Positions 14,905-20,698 of a stretch of DNA of 20,698 nt are shown in pieces. Each line of letters opens with the position of its first letter. The stretch's first letter is position 1. The stretch spans positions 1-20,698 of the forward strand of contig JBGQGY010000064.1 of NCBI GenBank assembly GCA_041497675.1, given 5' to 3'. The notes under the pieces were generated by a model. The model saw nothing but the letters and a program-made list of their open reading frames with translations, did not search any database and was not told the origin of the DNA. The DNA is from a bacterium (lineage in GTDB: Bacteria > Sysuimicrobiota > Sysuimicrobiia > Sysuimicrobiales > Humicultoraceae). A program made the position numbers and the translations under genes.

Positions 14905-15438
14905 ATGTCCAGGCGACAGACGATGATCCTCACAGTGATTATGGCGGCGATCGTGCTCGTGGCCGCGGCGGCGTACACCGTGGGTGTGGCAGCGGGCCGC
15001 TCGTCCGCAGTGGCGGCGGTGAATCGACCGCTCGTCGCGCAGCCCACAGGGACGCGCCTGGCGCAAGAGCCCTTCTTCCCCCAGATGCCGCAGGTCGCGC
15101 CGCCGGCCCAGCTCCCGCAGCAGGGGCCCGCCCCGCAGGCCCCCGCACCGGGTGGACCGCCGCAGCTTCGCGAGTTTATCCCGCTGCCCGGCCCGGGCGA
15201 TCAGCAGCCCGGCCAGCGCCCTGGACAGCAGCAGGGTGACTGCGAACCGGTCATCCTCTTCTATCACAACGGCAAGCTCTACCAGTTGAAGCCCGGACCC
15301 GGCCCTCAGAACGGTCCCGGCCGGCCCACCCAGCCGCCCGAGTTCTATCAGCTGAATCCGTATCAGGGTCCGCCGGTCCCCGGCCTGCCGGCACCGCCGC
15401 AGGGTCCGGGGTTCTCGCCCGTCAACCCTCGCTCATAG
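14905..15438 (+). CDS. Pro/Gln-rich exported or membrane-anchored hypothetical protein
   Basis: ATG at 14905 after GAGG. Basic N-terminus plus hydrophobic helix (MSRRQTMILTVIMAAIVLVAAAAYTVGV), followed by low-complexity P/Q/G sequence. Confidence 0.7.
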   Translation: MSRRQTMILTVIMAAIVLVAAAAYTVGVAAGRSSAVAAVNRPLVAQPTGTRLAQEPFFPQMPQVAPPAQLPQQGPAPQAPAPGGPPQLREFIPLPGPGDQQPGQRPGQQQGDCEPVILFYHNGKLYQLKPGPGPQNGPGRPTQPPEFYQLNPYQGPPVPGLPAPPQGPGFSPVNPRS

Positions 15439-15452
15439 CCGTTCGGCGCGTC

Positions 15453-15755
15453 ATGGGCGACGGCCGGCCTTCCGCCGCCACGGTGCGTCTACCCGGCCCG
15501 CTGCGTAATCGAGCGGGCCGGCGTGCGTCGGTCGACGCGCAGGGAGCAACCGTGCGCGCGATCGTCGACGATCTCGAGCGGCAGTTCCCCGGCATGCGTT
15601 TCGAGATCTGCGAAGAGACAGGAAACGTTCGCCCGTTCATCAACATCTTTCTCGAGAACGACAATATTCGGGATTTGCGCGGCCTCGACACGCCGGTGCC
15701 CGATGGGGCCACCTTGCATGTGTTGCTCTCAGTGGCGGGCGGCAGCGGTAGGTAA
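15453..15755 (+). CDS. MoaD/ThiS/CysO-like ubiquitin-fold sulfur-carrier family protein with a C-terminal extension after GG
   Basis: VRLPGPLR...GATVRAIVDDLERQFPG...RPFINIFL...LDTPVPDG..LHVLLSVAGG-SGR*. Confidence 0.88.
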   Translation: MGDGRPSAATVRLPGPLRNRAGRRASVDAQGATVRAIVDDLERQFPGMRFEICEETGNVRPFINIFLENDNIRDLRGLDTPVPDGATLHVLLSVAGGSGR

Positions 15756-16879
15756 TGGACAAGGGAGGTCAGACGGTGGCAGCGGTGCGGAAGTACTCGA
15801 AAGGCACGGTGGTCGTCGCGGTGGGCACGAAGCGCGGGCTCTTCGTCCTCACCTCGCGCGACCGGCGCACATGGAAACCCTCAGGCCCGTTCCTCGTGGG
15901 TAAGCGCGTGTATCATGCGTTCGTCGATACGCGGCGCAGCGCGCGGCTCTTCGCCGCCGCCAACGATGACTTCTTCGGGTCGAAGGTGCACTACAGCGAC
16001 GACTTCGGCCCCACGTGGAAGGAACCCGAACAGGGCGTCGCGTTTGCCAAAGACGGCGGGCGCAGCCTGAAGAACATCTGGATCCTCGAGCCCGGTCGCG
16101 AGGCCGATCCCGACACGCTCTATTGCGGCGTCGATCCCGCGGCGCTCTTTGTGAGCACCGATCGTGGGAAGACCTGGGCGCTGACACAGGGGCTCGAAGG
16201 CCACCAGACGCGCGAAACCTGGCAGCCGGGCCTCGGCGGTCTCTGCCTCAACTCGATCGTCGTCGATCCATCGAACCCGCGCCGAATGTGGGTCGCGATC
16301 TCGGCGGTGGGCGTCATGCGCACGACCGACGGCGGCACGACATGGACGTTTGTCAACAAGGGCACGCGCGCCGACTTCATGCCGAACAAATACCCGGAGT
16401 ACGGACAGTGCGTGCACCGGCTGCTCGGCGACCCTGCCAGACCCGACGTCCTATACCAGCAAAATCACTGTGGCGTCTACTCCACCACGAACGGCGGAGA
16501 CGAGTGGATCGACATCCATGCCAATTTGCCGTCAGATTTTGGTTTTCCGATGGCGATGGACCCGCACGATGCCGATACGCTCTACACGGTTGTCGAGACG
16601 CAAGAGGCGCGCACGAATGTGACCGACCAGTTCACGGTGTATCGGACGCAGAGCGCCGGCCGGAAGTGGGAGCGCATGTCCAAGGGCCTGCCGAAAGGGT
16701 CCACCGTCCGGCTGGGTGTGTTGCGTCACGGCATGTGCACGGACTCGCACGACCCGTGCGGTGTGTACGTGGGCACCAACACGGGTCAGTTGTTTGCCAG
16801 CCGCAACCGCGGCGATGCCTGGAGCCTGATCGCCGACTTCCTGCCGTCCATCTATTCGGTGACCGCGACGGTGCTTTGA
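15755..16879 (+). CDS. BNR/Asp-box repeat beta-propeller protein (often auto-annotated as sialidase/glycosyl hydrolase; function unknown)
   Basis: Asp boxes SDDFGPTW, STDRGKTW, TTDGGTTW, TTNGGDEW and SRNRGDAW. No signal peptide. Start is either ATG 15755 (TAATG coupling) or GTG 15776 (GGGAGG RBS). Confidence 0.88.
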   Translation: MDKGGQTVAAVRKYSKGTVVVAVGTKRGLFVLTSRDRRTWKPSGPFLVGKRVYHAFVDTRRSARLFAAANDDFFGSKVHYSDDFGPTWKEPEQGVAFAKDGGRSLKNIWILEPGREADPDTLYCGVDPAALFVSTDRGKTWALTQGLEGHQTRETWQPGLGGLCLNSIVVDPSNPRRMWVAISAVGVMRTTDGGTTWTFVNKGTRADFMPNKYPEYGQCVHRLLGDPARPDVLYQQNHCGVYSTTNGGDEWIDIHANLPSDFGFPMAMDPHDADTLYTVVETQEARTNVTDQFTVYRTQSAGRKWERMSKGLPKGSTVRLGVLRHGMCTDSHDPCGVYVGTNTGQLFASRNRGDAWSLIADFLPSIYSVTATVL

Positions 16880-18084
16880 CGGCTTCGCGGCCTCTCCCCT
16901 CGGCCAGACAGGCAGCAGCGGCCGGTGTCGTGCCGCTGCTGTTGCTTCTGGCCGGTCTGGAGATGGGCGTCTCGTTCTTTGGACCGCTCCTGCCGCAGGT
17001 CCAGCGGGACTTCAACCTCTCAGCGGGCACCGTCGCGCTGGCCCTCGCGATCTACAACGGGATCCGCCTCGCATTCAACATCCCGATGAGCCGGTTCATC
17101 GCCCGATCGCCGCTGCCGGCGTTGTTGGCGGCTGGAGGCGCGATCCTGGCCGGTGGGTCTCTTACGCTCGCCCTCGCGCCGTCGTTCGCGTTTGTCTTGC
17201 TCGGTCGCGCGATCATGGGGCTCGGCTCGGCGCTGTTCTTCCTGACCATCCAGTTCTGGCTGGCGCGCCTGGCGACAGCGGAAAACAAGGCGCAGTTGTT
17301 CAGCTACCATCAGCTGGCGGGCATCACCGGCAGCGCCATCGGGCCGGCGGTCGCCGGCTTGGTCGCCGGATGGCTCTCGTGGCGATATTCCGCGGCCTTC
17401 CCGATCCTGGCCGGATTGATCACACTGCTGGTCGGCAGGAGACTGCCCTATCCTGGGCCGGGAACTGTTCCGATATCACCTCAGACCGAGCGCGGTGGAG
17501 GCGAACGCGCCCCGCTGCGTGAGGTGCTCGGACCTGGCATCGCGATGATGGCACTGCTGATCTTCAACAACGGGTTGATGACAACGATGGTCCCCCTCTT
17601 CGCGGCACGCGACTTGCAGATGGGACCGGCGGCAATCGGCGGGATCTTGATGCTCGGGACGGTCCAGCGGTTTGGATCCGCGTTTGCGGGCGCCCGCCTC
17701 GTCAGGATCTTCGGCAGCCGCAACACGGTGATCGGTAGTCTCGCGGTGTTAGGAGTCGCGGCGTTCTCGTTCGTCCCGGTGAACTCTGCAATCGGCCTGG
17801 TCGTGGCGATCTCAATCGTATCGTGGGCCAACTTGGGAGGCAGTTTCGTGATCGCGCTGGTCACCGACCGGTTGCCCGAGCGGCACTGGGGCACGGCGCT
17901 GGGGCTGAACCGGTCGATGGGCGACGTCGGGGCGATGGTGGCGCCGATCCTGGCAGGCGTGCTGATCGACCACTTCAGCTTTCGCGTGGCGTTCGTGGTG
18001 ATGGCCGTCTTGATCGTCGTGGGCTCAGGGGTGGCGTTCGTGCTGACGCCCGCGCGACCTCAACATGCCGCAGCGGCGGCGTGA
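16876..18084 (+). CDS. MFS transporter
   Basis: About 12 hydrophobic segments, LLGRAIMGLGSA, GSAIGPAVAG and DRLPERHWGTALG. Probable TTG start overlapping the upstream stop (TTGA). The ORF-track start at 16015 is an out-of-frame overlap with the BNR gene. Confidence 0.88.
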   Translation: MTASRPLPSARQAAAAGVVPLLLLLAGLEMGVSFFGPLLPQVQRDFNLSAGTVALALAIYNGIRLAFNIPMSRFIARSPLPALLAAGGAILAGGSLTLALAPSFAFVLLGRAIMGLGSALFFLTIQFWLARLATAENKAQLFSYHQLAGITGSAIGPAVAGLVAGWLSWRYSAAFPILAGLITLLVGRRLPYPGPGTVPISPQTERGGGERAPLREVLGPGIAMMALLIFNNGLMTTMVPLFAARDLQMGPAAIGGILMLGTVQRFGSAFAGARLVRIFGSRNTVIGSLAVLGVAAFSFVPVNSAIGLVVAISIVSWANLGGSFVIALVTDRLPERHWGTALGLNRSMGDVGAMVAPILAGVLIDHFSFRVAFVVMAVLIVVGSGVAFVLTPARPQHAAAAA

Positions 18085-18085
18085 A

Positions 18086-18102
18086 CCCCGGCGCGTCCGG
18101 GG
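18086..18102 (+). terminator. GC hairpin right after the MFS stop (possible weak terminator or mRNA 3' stem)
   Basis: CCCCGG-CGCGT-CCGGGG, a 6-bp perfect stem with no clear U-tract. Confidence 0.3.
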
Positions 18103-18124
18103 CCCCGTAAGATCCCTGGGTTTG

Positions 18125-18133
18125 TGCGATAAT
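18125..18133 (+). promoter_or_regulatory. Candidate extended -10 promoter for the 18154 gene
   Basis: TGcGATAAT (TGn plus a 5/6 match to TATAAT) in an AT-richer intergenic patch 20 bp upstream of the ATG. Confidence 0.4.
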
Positions 18134-18153
18134 CCTGTTAGAGAAGTTCAGTC

Positions 18154-18435
18154 ATGTCGACGAGCCCGCTCGAAATCCGGATGGCGCACCTTGAGGGGGC
18201 GTATGAGCAGATCAACGCGCGCCTGGGCGCCATTGAAGAGAGGCTCGGTCGGTTGGAGGATCGGTTCGGCCGTCTGGAAGACCGGTTCATCCGCTTCGAT
18301 GACAAACTCGACGTCAGGATCGACAGCCTCCGTAGCGAGCTGCTCGTCCGGATGGATCGACAATTCTACTGGATACTGAGTCTGGTCGTCCTGGCCATCC
18401 TTGTGCCCATTCTCCTGCGTCTGCTGAGCGTCTGA
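18154..18435 (+). CDS. Small heptad-repeat coiled-coil protein with a C-terminal TM anchor (DUF1640/Bdr/XhlA-like architecture)
   Basis: RLGAIEE-RLGRLED-RFGRLED-RFIRFDD heptads followed by FYWILSLVVLAILVPILL. Confidence 0.8.
   Translation: MSTSPLEIRMAHLEGAYEQINARLGAIEERLGRLEDRFGRLEDRFIRFDDKLDVRIDSLRSELLVRMDRQFYWILSLVVLAILVPILLRLLSV
18220..18303 (+). repeat. Degenerate 21-bp in-frame tandem repeat, 4 units
   Basis: cgcctgggcgccattgaagag / aggctcggtcggttggaggat / cggttcggccgtctggaagac / cggttcatccgcttcgatgac. Confidence 0.6.
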
Positions 18436-18439
18436 ACGT

Positions 18440-19246
18440 CTAGTTCTCCGGCTGAGGTTCAGCCTCCGCGGCCGTGGCCGGGCGCTCGGGCGCCGGCGTG
18501 TCCGCCTTCGTAGCCACCATGTACAACCGCTGGCCCAGTTTGAACGCTTCGCCGGTGAGCGAGCTGAAGGCGTCGAGGCCTGTGAACCCAACCTCTGTCA
18601 GCAAGCTGCAAATCTCGCGATAGGTGTAGGTCCGTATCGAACTGGTCTTCGTTTCCACCTGCCCCGACTTGACCAGCGTCCAATCCACCTCGACGCGGCT
18701 GCGGACATGATCGTAGCGCCGCTCCTCGAGCACGATGACCTCGCCGACCGGCCACCAGCTGCGCTCCTGAAATCCGGGTAACAGGCCCTCAGCCACGTTC
18801 GGCATGTCGATCACGAACCTGCCGCCGGGCTTGAGCGTTCGCGCGACGGCCGTCAGGAACGCCTTATTTTCCTCATCGTCGAAGTAGCCAAAGCTCCCCC
18901 AGAAGCAGAAGGCGCCGTCGAAAGCCTCCAGCCAGGGCAGTTCGCGCATGTCGCGGCGGTGCCACGCCACCTCGAGACGCCGCTCCGTTGCGACACGCCG
19001 CGCGTCTTCGAGCACGGCCTTGGTGACGTCCACGCCCGTCACACGAAAACCTCTCGACGCAAGCTCCAGCGAGAGCCGCCCCTCGCCGCACGGCACGTCC
19101 AGGATCGAGGCACCGGGCTGCACCTTCAACACCCGCTGGATAAACTCGGCCTCAGACGTCGTCCGCGCCGCCCTCAACACTCGTTGGACGTCCAGCCACA
19201 TCCCGGAGAAGAACGTCTCCCACCATTCACCCGTCATCCCCGTCAC
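18440..19246 (-). CDS. Class I SAM-dependent methyltransferase
   Basis: Motif I ILDVPCGEGR, VTGVD, DMREL, SFGYFDDEEN and LKPGGRFVID. Start is GTG 19246 (GTGA overlap) or ATG 19237. Confidence 0.92.
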   Translation of the reverse strand: MTGMTGEWWETFFSGMWLDVQRVLRAARTTSEAEFIQRVLKVQPGASILDVPCGEGRLSLELASRGFRVTGVDVTKAVLEDARRVATERRLEVAWHRRDMRELPWLEAFDGAFCFWGSFGYFDDEENKAFLTAVARTLKPGGRFVIDMPNVAEGLLPGFQERSWWPVGEVIVLEERRYDHVRSRVEVDWTLVKSGQVETKTSSIRTYTYREICSLLTEVGFTGLDAFSSLTGEAFKLGQRLYMVATKADTPAPERPATAAEAEPQPEN

Positions 19247-20523
19247 CACAACCGCGCGAACGTGCCACCCGCCATCGGCACGCCGAGCGTCATTAGGCCG
19301 GGATCGGCCAGCCCCGGCACCTGACTGCGAAAAACGGCGCCACCCTTCATCACCAGACGCGCCTCGCGCAGATCCTTGATCTGTTGGTCCGGGCGTCCCG
19401 CGACCGCGATCAGGTCCGCGGCCTTGCCGGTCTCGAGCGAGCCGGTCTCACGATCGGTGCCGCACAGACGCGCTGCGTTGAGCGTTCCGGCCTGAATCGC
19501 CTGCATCGGCGACAGACCGACGGATGCGAGCAGCTCGACCTCACAGATCGTCGCCACGGTACCGTCGACCGGGTCACTGGGCAGCAGATCGGTGCCGCAG
19601 CACAGCGTCACGCCGCGCGCAACGGCGCGTTTGATCGACGCGAGATGGTCGGCGGCCGCGGCCTGCGCCTTCGCCAGCATCCACTCCTGGACGCCGTGAC
19701 GGCGAAGATAATCGAGTTCTTGCGTCACGCACAGCGTCGGCACTAGAAAGGTTTTCGCCTGCGCCATCATCGCGGCGGTGTCATCCTCGAAACTGTAGCC
19801 GTGCTCAATGCAGTCCACGCCAAGACGCACCGCGTCTTGAATCGGTTTGTTGCCGCCCGTATGCGAGGCCACGCGTTTGCCGGCGCTATGCGCAACCTCG
19901 ACGACCGCGCGCACCTCATCGTCGGTCATCTGTTTGTCGGCGGCTGATTCACGCGGTGTCCCGATGCCGCCGGTCAGGCAGATCTTGACCAGGTCGGCAC
20001 CCGCGCGCAACTGCTCGCGGGCTGCGCGGCGAAACCCGTCGGGGCCATCGGCTTCCAGACAGCCGACGGAGTTGTGCCCGTGGCCGCCGGTCGCGATGAG
20101 CGCGTGACCGGCGCAGGTGATCCTGGGCCCAGGCAGCAGGCCGCGATTGATCGCCTCGCGGACGTCGATATCGGTGAAGTGCGGCTCGCCGACGATCCGC
20201 AGGCTCGTGGTGCCGGTCAAGATCGCCTCGAGGGCGCGCCGATAGTTGAGCATCACCCGGTAGCCCGGCGGAAACGGGTCGGAGCGGCGCTCCGGAAACG
20301 GCAGGCGCAACCCCAGGTGGACGTGGACGTTGAAGAGCCCAGGCAACACGGTCATCCCGCCCAGGTCGATGACCGAGTCGCCGGCGCCGCGTGATGGAGC
20401 GCCCGATGCGCCGGCGGCCCCACACCAGGCGATCCGGCCATCGGCGACCACCACGTCCGCCCGCTCCACAGCCGGTCGCCCGGTACCGTCGACCAGCCGG
20501 CAGTTGGTCAGGTGCACCCCCAT
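19243..20523 (-). CDS. Metal-dependent amidohydrolase (prolidase/ochratoxinase-like subgroup)
   Basis: DLGGMTVLPGLFNVHVH, TGGHG, GADLVK (carboxylatable Lys), VASH, IEHG, LVPTL, GTD and GSLETGKAADLIAV. AAAGGGG RBS. Confidence 0.93.
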   Translation of the reverse strand: MGVHLTNCRLVDGTGRPAVERADVVVADGRIAWCGAAGASGAPSRGAGDSVIDLGGMTVLPGLFNVHVHLGLRLPFPERRSDPFPPGYRVMLNYRRALEAILTGTTSLRIVGEPHFTDIDVREAINRGLLPGPRITCAGHALIATGGHGHNSVGCLEADGPDGFRRAAREQLRAGADLVKICLTGGIGTPRESAADKQMTDDEVRAVVEVAHSAGKRVASHTGGNKPIQDAVRLGVDCIEHGYSFEDDTAAMMAQAKTFLVPTLCVTQELDYLRRHGVQEWMLAKAQAAAADHLASIKRAVARGVTLCCGTDLLPSDPVDGTVATICEVELLASVGLSPMQAIQAGTLNAARLCGTDRETGSLETGKAADLIAVAGRPDQQIKDLREARLVMKGGAVFRSQVPGLADPGLMTLGVPMAGGTFARLW

Positions 20524-20567
20524 CTTCCGCCCCCTTTGAATCTAGAAACGCGTGGGAAAATATCCCG

Positions 20568-20696
20568 CTACTTGAGCGGCGAGGCAGCGTAGATCCTGCT
20601 CGTGGCCTCAGCGATTCGAGGGTGTTCGACCGCGATCCTCAACTTGAGGAGATGTAGCACGGCCAGGAAGTCTCTAACCTCGGACATCGTGCCTTC
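20568..20696 (-). CDS. Possible C-terminal fragment of a CDS entering from the 3' edge
   Basis: Open minus-strand frame EGTMSEVRDFLAVLHLLKLRIAVEHPRIAEATSRIYAASPLK*, ending 44 bp before the amidohydrolase start. No recognisable motif. Confidence 0.3.
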   Translation of the reverse strand, partial: EGTMSEVRDFLAVLHLLKLRIAVEHPRIAEATSRIYAASPLK

Positions 20697-20698
20697 AG

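Noticed and set aside
16015..16875. Apparent 689-aa fusion ORF ending in the MFS
   Set aside because: The first 287 codons overlap the BNR gene in another frame and look like shadow translation.
15755..16879. Sialidase / xyloglucanase call
   Set aside because: Asp boxes are only structural. There is no RIP motif, signal peptide or sugar-utilisation context.
18220..18303. CRISPR-like or mobile repeat
   Set aside because: The units are contiguous, degenerate and in frame with no spacers, which indicates a protein heptad repeat.
20572..20610. Imperfect hairpin or possible ncRNA upstream of the amidohydrolase
   Set aside because: The stem is irregular, matches no riboswitch I recognise, and lies inside a plausible partial CDS.

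Overview
A GC-rich, very densely coded bacterial window with about 23 CDS. I see no rRNA, tRNA, CRISPR array or mobile element. Bases 1-11624 are the distal part of one tightly coupled + strand catabolic operon of 11 genes: a partial M24 peptidase-fold protein, a lipoyl E2 acyltransferase, an ACMSD-like amidohydrolase, a 2,6-dihydroxypseudooxynicotine-hydrolase-like alpha/beta hydrolase, a NitT/TauT ABC importer (3 genes), a second M24-fold protein with altered metal ligands, a xanthine-dehydrogenase/CoxL-family molybdoenzyme large subunit with no small or medium subunit nearby, an LVIVD beta-propeller and an FAH-family hydrolase. Together these look like an uncharacterised pathway for importing and breaking down a hydroxylated aromatic or N-heteroaromatic compound. 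The rest is a patchwork: GNAT-GNAT-Zn-ribbon (-), an RraA/HMG-aldolase family gene (+), an LLM oxidoreductase (-), a + strand unit of Pro/Gln-rich protein, CysO/MoaD-like ubiquitin-fold protein (GG masked by SGR), Cys/His-bearing BNR beta-propeller and MFS transporter, a small heptad-repeat membrane-anchored protein, and an amidohydrolase plus SAM methyltransferase pair (-). All family assignments come from motif recognition by eye, not from database searches.
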